Source: an uncultured Acidimicrobiaceae bacterium
Lineage (GTDB): Bacteria; Actinomycetota; Acidimicrobiia; Acidimicrobiales; Bog-793
Assembly (NCBI GenBank): GCA_963836935.1
Contig: CAWILM010000033.1
Coordinates: 13,374 to 77,373 of the forward strand
Direction of reading: 5' to 3'
Length of the DNA stretch: 64,000 bases
Shown piece by piece: positions 52,683 through 63,389 of the stretch. Made by a program: the position numbers and the translations under genes. The notes beneath the pieces were generated by a model. It made no database searches. It was not told the origin of the DNA and was given only the letters and a program-made list of their open reading frames with translations. Position 1 is the stretch's first letter. Each line of letters starts with the position of its first letter.

Positions 52683-53876
52683 GTGCGGGCACTGCTGTTC
52701 AGACACAGCCTCACGCGAGAGGCCGCCACCGTGCTTGGCGGCCGGCTCGACAAGCGCGCCTACGTCTCGAAGTACGCCCCCATCGCCCTGGAGGAGGTCC
52801 CCGAGCCCGTGCCGCCCGCCGCCGGCTGGGTCAAGTGCGAGACCGTCGTCTCCGGCATCTGCGGATCGGACGCCAAGCAGATCTTCCTGAACGGCCGGAG
52901 GGACAACGCCCTCACGGCGCTCGTCTCGTTCCCCCATGTCCTCGGCCACGAGGCCGTGGCGCGCCGGCTCGACACGGGGCGCCGCGTCGTCCTCAACCCC
53001 TGGCTGTGGTGCACGCCCCGCGGCATCGAACCGCTCTGTGAGGCCTGTGCCGCCGGGCGCTATCCCTGGTGCCGGAACTTCCGCAACGGCGACCTCCCCG
53101 TCGCCATCCACCTCGGCAACTGTGCGGGCGCGGCCGGTGTGCACGCGGAGCGTTTCTGTGCCCACGAGAGCCAGCTGTTCGAAGTCCCCGACGAGCTCAG
53201 CGACGACGCGGCCGTCCTGTCCGACCCGGTCAGCGTCTCGCTCCGCTCGATCCTGTTGAGCCCGCCGGAGACATCGCGCCCCGCGCTCGTCTACGGGTCG
53301 GGCACGCTGGCGTTCGCCGCCATAGGGCTGCTGCGCCACCTCTATCCCGGCCTCGAGATCTGGGCGGCCACGCGGCCCGGTTTCCGGTCGTCGCTCGCCG
53401 CCCGGCTCGGTGCGGACGCCGTGCTCAGCTCGGTGCCCGACACGCTCGTGGCGGAAGTGGCGTCCCGCACGGGTGCCGCCGCCATCAAGCCCTGGAGCCG
53501 CAAGGACTGGCTCCAGGACGGCCCAGGCGTCGTCTACGACACGATCGGCAGCACCGAGACCGTCGAGACCTCGCTCCGGCTCCTGCACACGGGCGGGGCG
53601 CTGGTCGTGAGCGGGGTCGAGCCGCCCAAGCGCTTCGAGTGGACGCCAATGTACTTCAAGGAGATCTCGGTCATCGGCTCGAACGGCTTCGGCATCGAGG
53701 AGGTGGGGGGCGTGCGCAAGCACGCCTTCGAGCACTACTTCGACTTCGCCCGGGCCGGCTTGGACCTGACGGCGGTCGTGACCCATCGCTTCCCCTTGGC
53801 CCGTTGGGACGAGGCGGTGCTCACGCTGGCGGACGCCAGGCGCACCGGGGCCGTCAAGGTCCTCCTGCAGCCGTAG
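52683..53876 (+). CDS. Zinc-binding (MDR) dehydrogenase
   Basis: GICGSD, LGHE, structural Cys cluster C...CEAC...C, VTHRFPL, VKVLL. Confidence 0.9.
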   Translation: MRALLFRHSLTREAATVLGGRLDKRAYVSKYAPIALEEVPEPVPPAAGWVKCETVVSGICGSDAKQIFLNGRRDNALTALVSFPHVLGHEAVARRLDTGRRVVLNPWLWCTPRGIEPLCEACAAGRYPWCRNFRNGDLPVAIHLGNCAGAAGVHAERFCAHESQLFEVPDELSDDAAVLSDPVSVSLRSILLSPPETSRPALVYGSGTLAFAAIGLLRHLYPGLEIWAATRPGFRSSLAARLGADAVLSSVPDTLVAEVASRTGAAAIKPWSRKDWLQDGPGVVYDTIGSTETVETSLRLLHTGGALVVSGVEPPKRFEWTPMYFKEISVIGSNGFGIEEVGGVRKHAFEHYFDFARAGLDLTAVVTHRFPLARWDEAVLTLADARRTGAVKVLLQP

Positions 53877-53879
53877 GGG

Positions 53880-54878
53880 CTAAGCCGTGCCGGCGCGGGC
53901 AGAAAGCGACTCGAGCAGCTTTGTGATCTCCCGGCGCCGCTCGTACATGAGCACGTGGCCGGCACCGGAGTATTCGTGCAGGCTGGCGTGCTCGAACCCG
54001 GCCGCCAGGCGTCGCGCGAACAACGGGGGCGTGAGGTGGTCACTTGTGCCGACGGCCACGGCCACCGGCACCTGGACGTCGCCGAAAGGCGCCCTCTCCT
54101 CGAAGGCGAGCACCTCGCCGACGAGGGTTGTGAATACGTCCGGCTCCATCGACCGCAGCATCCGGAGCGTCTCGGCCACCTCGGCCGGGCGCGGCCGGCG
54201 CCCGAAGCCCAGGCGGGAGGCGAGGTAGCCGACGTCACCGGTGGGCAGCGCCGGCTGGTCCGGGCGCCAGATGCCCACTCCGGCACCGGCGACCCGGCCG
54301 ACGGCGGCGGCGAGCAGGCCCCAGCTCGGGACCGGCAGGCCGAGCCCGCCGCTGGTCGCGATCAAGGCGATGGCGCCGATCCGCGTCCCGAGCAGCTCGG
54401 GATGAAGACGCGCCACGCGCTGGCAGACCATGCCGCCCATGGAGTGACCCGCGAGCACGGCATGGTCGAGATCGAGCGCCACCAGCACTTCGGCCACGTC
54501 GGCGGCCATCGCCGAGATGGTGACCTCCTCGCTACCGGCACTCGAGAGCCCGTGGCCCCTCAGGTCGAGCGCGAGCACACGGTGGGACCCGGCGAGGTCA
54601 CGGAGTTGGTAGCTCCACGCCTCCGCCGAGAGGTTGGCCCCGTGCAGCAGCACGACGGCCGGGCCCTCACCCTTTTCGATCAGGTGGGACTCGCCTCCGT
54701 CGCGCATCGCGAACACACGGTGGGCGACGTCCTCGGGCAGCGAGAGCTCCGGGTCGGCAGGCGCCGACAAGCCCTGGTGCCTTCTCCAGTAGTGGTGCGA
54801 GAGGGCGAAGGCGACGCCCGCCGCGCTGAACACCCCGGCTGTGGCGTAGGCGACGGCCCGCTTGCCCGTGGGCCCCAC
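53880..54878 (-). CDS. Alpha/beta hydrolase
   Basis: LLHG, DLRGHG, GHSMGG nucleophile, GTSD, AGH. Confidence 0.92.
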   Translation of the reverse strand: MGPTGKRAVAYATAGVFSAAGVAFALSHHYWRRHQGLSAPADPELSLPEDVAHRVFAMRDGGESHLIEKGEGPAVVLLHGANLSAEAWSYQLRDLAGSHRVLALDLRGHGLSSAGSEEVTISAMAADVAEVLVALDLDHAVLAGHSMGGMVCQRVARLHPELLGTRIGAIALIATSGGLGLPVPSWGLLAAAVGRVAGAGVGIWRPDQPALPTGDVGYLASRLGFGRRPRPAEVAETLRMLRSMEPDVFTTLVGEVLAFEERAPFGDVQVPVAVAVGTSDHLTPPLFARRLAAGFEHASLHEYSGAGHVLMYERRREITKLLESLSARAGTA

Positions 54879-56047
54879 TAGAGCCGCCCGGCGGCGCCGC
54901 GGACGTGCCGGCGGGGCAGGCGGGGCCCGATCCGGCAGAGGATCTCGAACGAGATCGTGCCGATCCGGTCGGCCCATTCCTGGGCGCTCACGGTCTCGGC
55001 CCCCTGGGAGCCGATCAGCACGACCTCGTCACCGCAGTGCACGCCCGAGTCCGGCCCGCAGTCGACCATCAGCTGGTCCATCGTGACCGTGCCCGCCACC
55101 CGGCGGCGACGGCCGCCTATGAGCAATTCCCCCCCACCTTGGAAAAGGCTCCTCGGGACCCCGTCGGCATAGCCGACGGGCACCGTCGCGATGTCCGCCC
55201 GCTCCGCGAGCTCGTAGGCCCGACCGTAGCTCGTGCGCTCTCCCGCGCCGAGCTCGCGCACATGGCTGACCTGGGTCTTCCATGCCAATGCGGGGCGCAA
55301 CTCCCCGGCGCCGGCCGCGGTGATGAGCGCGGGGGAAACGGCATTGGAGGGCAGGTACCCGTAAAGGGAGATCCCGCAGCGCACGAGGTCGTAGCGGGAC
55401 GACCGGTGTGCGATCGCCCCCGCCGAGTTGGCGGCGTGAACGCGAGCCGGCGCGGGGAGCCCGGCTGACCGCAGGCTCGCGCGAAAGGCTTCGAAACGAG
55501 CCAGCTGCTCGGCGGTGAACGGATCGGAAGGCTCGTCCGCGATGGCGAGATGCGTCCAGAGCCCGCCGTAGCGCAGCTCCGGCGCCTCCACGACCTGCTC
55601 CACGATCCGCCGTGCCTCCTCGGGGTCGGCGCCCACGCGGTGCATGCCGCTGTCGAGCTTGACCTCGACCTCGACGCGGCGCGACGCCCGTGCGGCCGCG
55701 GCGCGGATCGCGTTCAAGCCCGCGCGGGTGTACACGGTCGGGATGAGGTCCCGGGCGACGACTTCTCCCATGGCCGCGGCGGCGGGCTCGGACAGGAGCA
55801 GGATCGACACTTCCAGTCCCGCCTCGCGGAGCACCACGCCCTCTTCGACGAGCGCCACGGCCAGCGAGGTCGCCCCGCCGGCAAGGGCGGCGTTGGCGAC
55901 CGGCACCGCTCCGTGGCCGTAGGCGTCGGCCTTCACCACGGCGCACAGCTCAGCCGGTGCGGCGACGGCCCGGAGCACCCTTGCGTTCGACGAGACGGCG
56001 TCGAGGTCCACCTCCGCCCAGGCGCGCCGCTGCCAGGACTCAGCCAT
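54878..56047 (-). CDS. alr: Alanine racemase
   Basis: AVVKADAYGHG, DSGMHRVG, ANS, VGYADG, TMDQ. Confidence 0.97.
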   Translation of the reverse strand: MAESWQRRAWAEVDLDAVSSNARVLRAVAAPAELCAVVKADAYGHGAVPVANAALAGGATSLAVALVEEGVVLREAGLEVSILLLSEPAAAAMGEVVARDLIPTVYTRAGLNAIRAAAARASRRVEVEVKLDSGMHRVGADPEEARRIVEQVVEAPELRYGGLWTHLAIADEPSDPFTAEQLARFEAFRASLRSAGLPAPARVHAANSAGAIAHRSSRYDLVRCGISLYGYLPSNAVSPALITAAGAGELRPALAWKTQVSHVRELGAGERTSYGRAYELAERADIATVPVGYADGVPRSLFQGGGELLIGGRRRRVAGTVTMDQLMVDCGPDSGVHCGDEVVLIGSQGAETVSAQEWADRIGTISFEILCRIGPRLPRRHVRGAAGRL

Positions 56048-57425
56048 GGGCGCCCGAGATCACCATCGCGACCAGCTCGGGCAGGTCACCGGCGACCAGG
56101 CCCTCCGCGAACCCGAGGCCCGCGGCGCGCCCGTGCACGTGCGCGGCCAAAGCGGCTGACCGCAAGGGGTCGAGGCCGCGCGCGAGGAAAGCCCCGATGA
56201 CCCCGGACAGCACGTCACCCGTGCCGGCCGTCGCGAGCCGGGACGATCCCGAGGTGACGAGGAAGGTCTGGCCGTCCGGTCCCGCGACCGCTGTCGCCGA
56301 GCCCTTCAACAACACGATCGCCCCGAGGTCCTCCGCCAGCGACCGGGCGGCGGCGATGCGGTCGGCGCCCGGGGCCCTGGCGCTCCCGGCGGTGGCGGCG
56401 AGGCGGGCGTACTCACCGTCGTGAGGTGTGAGCACCGCCGGGATCCTGCGCCCCGACAGCACGTCGCGCGCCCGTGCGAGGGGGCCGAGCGCCCCCAGCC
56501 CATCGGCGTCGACGATCACCGGAACCTCCGCCTCGGCGAGGAGGCGTCGCACCGAGGCCACGACCCCCGGCGCGGAGCCGATCCCGGGACCGATCACGAG
56601 CGCGCGGCACCGGCGCAGCTCATCCAGCACCGCGTCGGCGAAGTCCGTCCCCGGCACCGCCAGCGCGACGGCTTCGGAGGCGGGCAGCTCGTCGGGCGAC
56701 GCGCCCGGCACGCACCAGCGCACCATGCCGGCGCCCGCCCGCAAAGCGCCGCTCGTCGAGAACCGGGCGGCGCCGAACATCCCCGGCGAGCCTGCGACAA
56801 CGACGCACGCCGTGCGCCACTTGTTGGTCTCGGGCTCGCGCCGGGGGAGCCAGCTGGCGATGTCGCCGTCCTCGACGAGCCAGATCTTGCCTGGCGGCAC
56901 GGCGATTCCGATGGGTGCCACCAGCACCTTTCCGCTATGGGCGGGGCCGTCACCCATCAACAAGCCTGGCTTGAGGGCGGCCATGGTGACGGTCTCGGTG
57001 GCCGAGACGGCGCCCTCGCAGGCGACACCGGTGTCCGAGTCGAGGCCGGACGGGACGTCGATGGCAAGCACGGGCGTCCCGGCCGGCACCGACGGGGCCC
57101 GGTACTCACCCCGAAAGCCGGTCCCGTAGGCGGCGTCGATCACGACGTCACAAGGAGGAAGGCTCCCAGGCGCGGCGCCGGGATCGAGCTCGGTGACCCT
57201 GACACCGCGGCGGCGCAGCACCGCGGCGGCCACGCGCCCGTCGTCGCCGTTGTGGCCCCGCCCTGCCACGACGACGACCCTCTTGCCGTAGGCGGTGCGT
57301 AAGAGCCCGATCGCGGCATGGGCCACAGCGGCGCCGGCGCGATTGACGAGGGTGTCGAGGCCGACCTCGGCAATGGCCGCTTGGTCCGCGGCCCTCAGCT
57401 CGTCTCGGGTGTGGACTGGCTGCAC
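56040..57425 (-). CDS. nnr: Bifunctional NAD(P)H-hydrate epimerase/dehydratase
   Basis: GHNGDDG, DAAYGTG, DVPSG, TPHDGE, LATAGTGDVL. Confidence 0.93.
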   Translation of the reverse strand: MQPVHTRDELRAADQAAIAEVGLDTLVNRAGAAVAHAAIGLLRTAYGKRVVVVAGRGHNGDDGRVAAAVLRRRGVRVTELDPGAAPGSLPPCDVVIDAAYGTGFRGEYRAPSVPAGTPVLAIDVPSGLDSDTGVACEGAVSATETVTMAALKPGLLMGDGPAHSGKVLVAPIGIAVPPGKIWLVEDGDIASWLPRREPETNKWRTACVVVAGSPGMFGAARFSTSGALRAGAGMVRWCVPGASPDELPASEAVALAVPGTDFADAVLDELRRCRALVIGPGIGSAPGVVASVRRLLAEAEVPVIVDADGLGALGPLARARDVLSGRRIPAVLTPHDGEYARLAATAGSARAPGADRIAAARSLAEDLGAIVLLKGSATAVAGPDGQTFLVTSGSSRLATAGTGDVLSGVIGAFLARGLDPLRSAALAAHVHGRAAGLGFAEGLVAGDLPELVAMVISGAHG

Positions 57426-57435
57426 GAGCTCTGCC

Positions 57436-57801
57436 TCACTCCGCCACGACGACAGCCGCCGCGACCGAGTCGGTGTGGGTGAGCGACACGTGCCAAAAAC
57501 GGACCCCGAGCGCTTCGGCCCGACGGGCGGCAAGTCCCGAGACCTCGAGCCGTGGGGCTTGCGAGCCCCCGCCGACCACAGCCACATCCACGAACCGGAC
57601 GCCTCCGAGCCCGGTCCCGAGGGCCTTCATCGTGGCCTCCTTGGCCGCGAAGCGGGCCGCGAGGCCCGGGACCGGATCAGCCCGATCCGACAGGAAGGAT
57701 CGTTCCGCCGGCGTGAAGATGCGCCCAGCCACCTGCGGCCGCCGGGCCAACAGCAGGCGGAAACGCTCGATGTCGACCAGGTCGATGCCGAGCCCGATCA
57801 C
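57436..57801 (-). CDS. acpS: Holo-ACP synthase
   Basis: GLGIDLV, ARFAAKEA, VSLTH. Confidence 0.95.
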   Translation of the reverse strand: MIGLGIDLVDIERFRLLLARRPQVAGRIFTPAERSFLSDRADPVPGLAARFAAKEATMKALGTGLGGVRFVDVAVVGGGSQAPRLEVSGLAARRAEALGVRFWHVSLTHTDSVAAAVVVAE

Positions 57802-57850
57802 CGGACGGCCCCGTTGCTTCCACCGGCCCCGACACGAGCAGCGACGCGGT

Positions 57851-59694
57851 TCACTCGACCGTGACGACCTTGGCGAGATTGCGCGGCCTGTCGACGTCGT
57901 TGCCCCGCGCCCGCGCCACCCCGTAGGCGAGCGCTTGCAGGGGCACGATCGCCACTGCGGGCGACAACAGCTCGGGCACCGCCGGGATCTCCAGGACCTC
58001 GTCCGCGACCGCCTTCGTCTCCGCGTCGCCCTCGTCGCACACGACCACCACGGTCGCGCCGCGAGCAGTGACCTCGGCTATGTTCGCCATGACCTTGTCC
58101 CAAAGCTCGCCCCGGGTGGCGATGGCCACGACCACGGCGGCATCGTCGATCAGCGCGATCGGGCCGTGTTTCATCTCCCCGGCCGGGTAGGCCTCGGCCC
58201 GGACGTAGGCGAGCTCCTTCAGCTTGAGAGCACCTTCGAGCGCGATGGCGTAACCCAGACGGCGGCCCAGGAAGTAGACGTCCTGCACCTCGGCAAGGCG
58301 CTTCGCGACCGTGAAGTAGCCGTCCATCTTGCCGATCGCACGCCCGACGAGCCCCGGCAGGGCGAGCAGCCCGCCGGCGAGGCTCGCGACTCTCGTCCGG
58401 CCCGACGGTCCCGCGTCGGCGCGCGAAGTGGAGGGCAAGAAGCTGGAGCATCACGATCTGGGCGGCGTGGCACTTGGTCGACGCCACGCCGATCTCCGGG
58501 CCGGCCCTTGTGTAGAGGACGCCGTCGGCCTCGCGGGCGAGCAACGAGTCGACGACATTGGTCACAGCGACGGTCTTCGCGCCGCGCCGGCGTGCCTCGC
58601 GCAGGGCGTGAAAGGTGTCGACCGTCTCGCCCGACTGGCTGACAGCCACGACGAGGGTGTGCTCGCCCAAGATCGCGTCCCGGTAACGGAACTCGCTGGC
58701 GATCTCGACCTCGGCTGGCATCCGGGCCCAATGCTCGAAGGCGATGCGGCCGCTCAGGCAGGCGTAGTAGGCCGAGCCGCAGCCCATGAGCACGACGCGC
58801 TCTATCTCCTCGAGGTCGGACCCGGTGAGCCGGAGCTCCTCGAGCTCGGTCGTGCCGTCGGCGTGGAGCCGGCCCATGAGGGTGTCCGCCAGCGCCCTCG
58901 GCTGCTCGTGGATCTCCTTCGACATGAAGTCGTCGTAGCCGTCCCGGCGCGCGGCGACGAGATCCCATCCGACTTCGAGCGGCACGAGCTCGCGCCGGGT
59001 GCCGTCGAGACCGACGACGGAGACCGAGTCGGGCCTGACCTCCGCGATCTCGTCGTCCGCGAGCTGGTACAGCGTCCGCGTCGTGCCCAGGAGGGCCGCT
59101 AGGTCGGAAGCGACGAGGCCCGTTCCGTCGAGGCGCCCCACGATGAGCGGCGAGGTCCTCCTCGCCGCGGCGATCACCTCGGGCTCTCGGGTGCTCACGG
59201 CCGCCAGGGCGAAGTCGCCGCGAAGCTCGCCCACGCACCGGCGCAGCGCCTCGGCGAGGCCGGTGCCGACTGCGAGCTCGCGTTCGAGCATGTGGGCAAC
59301 GACCTCGGTGTCGGTCTCCGAGGACCGCGTGTGGCCCTCGGCGGCCAACTTGGCCCAGAGCTCCCGGTAGTTCTCGATGATGCCGTTGTGAACGATCGCG
59401 ACCGTGCCGGTGCAGTCGCAATGGGGGTGGGCGTTGTGTTCGACGGCGGCCCCGTGTGTCGCCCAGCGCGTATGGCCTATGCCGGCGGTCATCCCGGCGG
59501 GCGCGCTCCTCTGCCGCCTCCCGGAGCGTCTCGAGGGAGTGCCCGCGCACGGCGTCGCGCTTTCGCCAGAGGTGGTCGGCATCGACGAGGACGACGCCTG
59601 CCGAGTCATACCCGCGGTACTCGAGCAGAGCAAGCGCGTCCAGCATGACCGCCAGTGGCTCGGCCGCGCCGGTGACGCCGATGATCCCGCACAT
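57851..59694 (-). CDS. glmS: Glutamine-fructose-6-phosphate transaminase (frameshifts near 59500 and 58390)
   Basis: MCGIIG, LEYRGYDSAG, GHTRWATHG, VHNGIIEN, SQSGET, GPEIGVASTK, PRNLAKVVTVE. Confidence 0.95.
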
Positions 59695-59704
59695 GCGAAG
59701 AAGG

Positions 59705-61121
59705 CTACGACCTGCCGGCTGGCGCGGTGGTATCAAGCTCGCGGACCACGACCGTCACGAGCCGCTCGACCACTTGGCTGGCGATCTCGTGCGTCGGCGC
59801 CTCGGCCATGACCCGGACGAGCGACTCGGTCCCCGACGCCCGCAGGAGGACACGGCCCTTGTCGCCGAGCTCGGACTCGACGAGCGACACCTCCTCCCAC
59901 ACGGCCCCGGCCGTATCGAGGTGGGACGGGTCGGCGACGTGCACGTTGCGGAGCACCTGGGGATGGCGCGCGTCATCGCCTCGGCGGCGAGATCCGCCAA
60001 AGGGCGCCCGGCCCGGGCGACAAGCTCCATCAAGAGCAACGACGTCAGGATCCCGTCACCGGTCATGCCGTGCCGGCGGAAGACGAGATGGCCGGACTGC
60101 TCACCGCCGAGCTGCAACCCGTTGGCCTCGATGGCGTCGCTCACGTACCGGTCCCCGACGGGGGTCTCGACGACCCCGATGCCGCGGGCGGTGAGCGCCT
60201 GCCGCAGCCCCAGATTGCTCATGACGGTCACCACTATCGACCCGCCGGTCAAGAGGCCCCGCTCCAACATGTCGAACGCGAACAGGGCGAGCAGCTGGTC
60301 CCCGTCGACGAGATCGCCCCGGTGGTCCACGGCGAGCATCCGGTCGGCGTCACCGTCAAGCGCCACCCCGAGGGCCGCCTTGGAGGCCACCACGGCCTCC
60401 TGCAGTTGCTCGAGGTGCGTCGAGCCGCACCCGGCGTTGATGTTGACGCCGTTCGGCGCGGCAGAGAGAACCTTGTGGGGGATGCCGAGACCGCGCGAGC
60501 ACCGCCGGCGCGACGCACGCTCGCGGCGCCGTTGGCGCAGTCGATCACGACCTCGAGGCCGAGACGTGCCCCACCTTCGACGGCGCGAGTGAGGTGACCT
60601 GCATAGGTCCAAAGCGCCTTCGGGTCGGCCCGCACCGCACCGAGGCCGTCCCTGCCTCGACCCTCCCCGGGCCATGACGGAACGTCGCCGGGCGCCACGG
60701 GCCGCGTCGCCCCGCCGGACGCGGAGGACGAGGTCAGCTTGTCGAGCTCGTCCTGGATGGCGATCTCGAGCTCGGCGGCGAGCTTGGTGCCGCCGGCACC
60801 TAGCAGCTTGATCCCGTTGTCGCCGAAAGGGTTGTGGGAGGCCGAGACCATCGCCGCGGGGACCCCGCGGTCCGAAGCAAGCCAGGCGAGACCGGGAGTC
60901 GGGATGATCCCGACGTCCACGACGTCGACGCCTTCGGCCGTCATGCCGGCCGCGAGCGCCGACTGGATCATGGTCCCCGACTGGCGGGTGTCGCGCCCGA
61001 GGAGGAAGGGCGAGCCCGACACGAGCCGGGCCGCCGCCCGGCCGAGCGCGAGGGCGAGCTCGGGTGTCAGGTCTGCACCGGCGACGCCTCGAATCCCGTC
61101 GGTGCCGAACCGCGGCGCCAT
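59705..61121 (-). CDS. glmM: Phosphoglucosamine mutase (frameshifts near 60500 and 59960)
   Basis: FGTDGIRG, SASHNP, DCANGA, DGDADR, GGEQSGH, RASGTE. Confidence 0.95.
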
Positions 61122-61127
61122 CGATGC

Positions 61128-61521
61128 TCAGCGCTTCGAGTACTGAGGAGCCTTACGAGCTTTCTTCAAGCCGTACTTCTTGCTCTCCTTCTCCCGCGCG
61201 TCGCGCGTGAGCATGCCGGCCTTCTTGAGACTGCCCCTCAAGTCGCCCTCGAGTTCGATGAGGCCGCGGGCTATTCCGAGGCGGAGCGCTCCGGCCTGGC
61301 CCGACGCTCCCGCCGCCGTCGATGGTCGCGTCCACGTCGTAACGCTCGGCGGCACCGGCGATGCGCAGCGGCTCGGTTGCGAGCGTCCGGTGGGTCTCCG
61401 AGGGGAAGTACTCCTCGAAAGGCCGCTTGTTGATCGTGATGGCACCTTCACCGGTGCGCAGCCGCACACGGGCGACGGCACGCTTGCGGCGGCCGGTCGA
61501 CTGGACGAGTGGCTTTGCCAT
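61128..61521 (-). CDS. rpsI: 30S ribosomal protein S9 (frameshift near 61310)
   Basis: [11 protein letters not shown]...[12 protein letters not shown]...[17 protein letters not shown]. Confidence 0.96.
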
Positions 61522-61541
61522 GAAGCAGCGGTCCTTCGGGG

Positions 61542-61991
61542 TCAGGAAGCTCGCCGGGCGGCGGGCAGATCGAGCGGGATGGGCATCTGGGCGGCGTGCG
61601 GGTGCTCGGGACCGGCGTAGACCTTCAACTTCCCGAGCATCTTGTGGCCGAGCGCACCTTTGGGCAGCATGCCCTTGATAGCGCGCCGGACGACCTCTTC
61701 TGGCTTGTCCGCGAGCTGCTCGGCGTAGCTGAACGTTCGCAGTCCGCCCGGGTAGCCGCTGTGCGTGTAGGAGAACGACCTGTCGGCCTTGCCGGAGGTC
61801 ATGACGACCTTGGCGGCGTTGACGACGATCACGTGATCACCGGTGTCGATGTGGGGGGCGAAGATCGCCCGGTGCTTGCCGCGCAGCACGCGGGCGACCT
61901 CGCTCGAGAGCCGGCCGAGGACAAGGCCGTCGGCGTCGACGACGCGCCAAACGCGTTGCAGCTCGCTCGGCTTGGGGGAATACGTGCGCAC
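61542..61991 (-). CDS. rplM: 50S ribosomal protein L13
   Basis: LGRLS, GKHR, DTGDHVIV, HSGYPGGL, KGMLP, HPHAAQ. Confidence 0.98.
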   Translation of the reverse strand: MRTYSPKPSELQRVWRVVDADGLVLGRLSSEVARVLRGKHRAIFAPHIDTGDHVIVVNAAKVVMTSGKADRSFSYTHSGYPGGLRTFSYAEQLADKPEEVVRRAIKGMLPKGALGHKMLGKLKVYAGPEHPHAAQMPIPLDLPAARRAS

Positions 61992-62097
61992 GACCGTCCT
62001 TTGTAGAAGTCAACTCGTGGTGCTCACCCTGAGCATCCGCGCGGCCACCGGTTAAGGGGCGCGAACCTCAAGCTCAGCGGGCAAGAGCCAGCGCTCC

Positions 62098-62126
62098 ACG
62101 ATAGAAGACGCCGGGTCCGACGGCAA
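62098..62126 (-). promoter_or_regulatory. Putative promoter of rplM-rpsI
   Basis: Minus strand TTGCCG-N17-TATCGT about 105 nt upstream of rplM. Confidence 0.55.
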
Positions 62127-62135
62127 GCCGGCCAC

Positions 62136-63032
62136 TCAGCGGGGTGCGGCGGCCCAGTCGCCGCCGCCGGGTCGCCACGTCCCGCCCGGAACCAGGCTCT
62201 CGGGGTATCTCACCGCCACGAGGCACAGCCCCTGCGGGGGCGCGGGCTGGCCGGCGCGCGACCGGTCGCCACCACGGATGGTGGCAAGCATCTCGCCGGC
62301 CGGGATGCGTCCCTGCCCCACGCCCACAAGCGTCCCGACGATCGAGCGGACCATCTGGTGGCAAAAGGCGTTCGCCTCGATCTCGAAGCGCCACACGCGC
62401 TCGTCGCAGGGTGCCTGCGACCAGTCGACCGCCAGCACCCGGCGGATGACAGGCGGCGACTCACCCGGCGGGAGCCGGCAGAACGCCGAGAAGTCGTGCT
62501 CGCCCAGGAAGGCGTCGGCCCCGACGCGCATGGCGGCAAGATCGAGCGGGCCGGGCACGTGCCACGAACAGTGTTGCAGCAGTGGATCGGGCCAGGGCGT
62601 GCGCAGCAGGCTGTAGCGGTAGCGCCGGGCGATGGCCGAGTGGCGGGCGTCGAAGCCCTCCGGCGCGACCCGGGCCTCGAGAACCGCGACGGCCGGTCCG
62701 AGCTGGCGGCTCAACGACCGCCCGAGCCGCTCCAGCACCGTCCCAGGCCCGGGCTGGCGTTTCGCCCATTTCCGGACGACCGCCTCGTCCAGATCCGCGT
62801 GCACGACCTGCGCCGAAGCGTGCACGCCGGCGTCGGTCCGACCGGCGCAGGTCAGCGGCACGTCGCGGCCGACCATCGCGCCCAGGGCCGCGGCCAACAA
62901 GCCCGCCACGGTGCGTTGGCCACCTTGCGGCGCGAAACCGTGGAAGGACGTCCCGTCATAGGCGACAAGGAGCATTACGCGACGAAGCGGCCCCGACGGG
63001 GCCGCTTCGCTCTCGGGCTCGAAGAGCCTCAC
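62136..63032 (-). CDS. truA: tRNA pseudouridine(38-40) synthase
   Basis: [39 protein letters not shown]. Confidence 0.97.
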   Translation of the reverse strand: MRLFEPESEAAPSGPLRRVMLLVAYDGTSFHGFAPQGGQRTVAGLLAAALGAMVGRDVPLTCAGRTDAGVHASAQVVHADLDEAVVRKWAKRQPGPGTVLERLGRSLSRQLGPAVAVLEARVAPEGFDARHSAIARRYRYSLLRTPWPDPLLQHCSWHVPGPLDLAAMRVGADAFLGEHDFSAFCRLPPGESPPVIRRVLAVDWSQAPCDERVWRFEIEANAFCHQMVRSIVGTLVGVGQGRIPAGEMLATIRGGDRSRAGQPAPPQGLCLVAVRYPESLVPGGTWRPGGGDWAAAPR

Positions 63033-63388
63033 ACGAGCTCGACGCGCGCCATCGGGGCGTTGTCGCCCTGACGCGGTCCGAGTTTCAGGATCCGGATGTA
63101 GCCACCGGGCCGGTCCGCATAGCGCGGGCCGATCTCGGAGAACAGCTTGTGCGCCATGTCCTTGTCACGGATGAACGCCACAACTTGGCGCTGGTTGTGC
63201 ACACCGCCCTTGCGGGCCTTGGTGATCAGCTTCTCGGCCACGGGTCGCATCGCCTTCGCCTTGGTCTCGGTCGTGACGATCCAGCGCGGGTCTGCCGCGA
63301 TGAGCGAGGCGATGAGGTTGCCGAGCATGGCCTTCTGGTGAGCGGCGTCCCCACCGAGGCGGCGACCCTTCTTCGGGGTGGCAGGCAT
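63029..63388 (-). CDS. rplQ: 50S ribosomal protein L17
   Basis: [42 protein letters not shown]. Confidence 0.97.
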   Translation of the reverse strand: MPATPKKGRRLGGDAAHQKAMLGNLIASLIAADPRWIVTTETKAKAMRPVAEKLITKARKGGVHNQRQVVAFIRDKDMAHKLFSEIGPRYADRPGGYIRILKLGPRQGDNAPMARVELV

Positions 63389-63389
63389 C

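Noticed and set aside
51491-52753. Apparent UDG-TsaE fusion (420-aa ORF)
   Set aside because: The UDG C-terminal motif TFHPAY is in another frame and ends at 52020, so this is a frameshift artefact.
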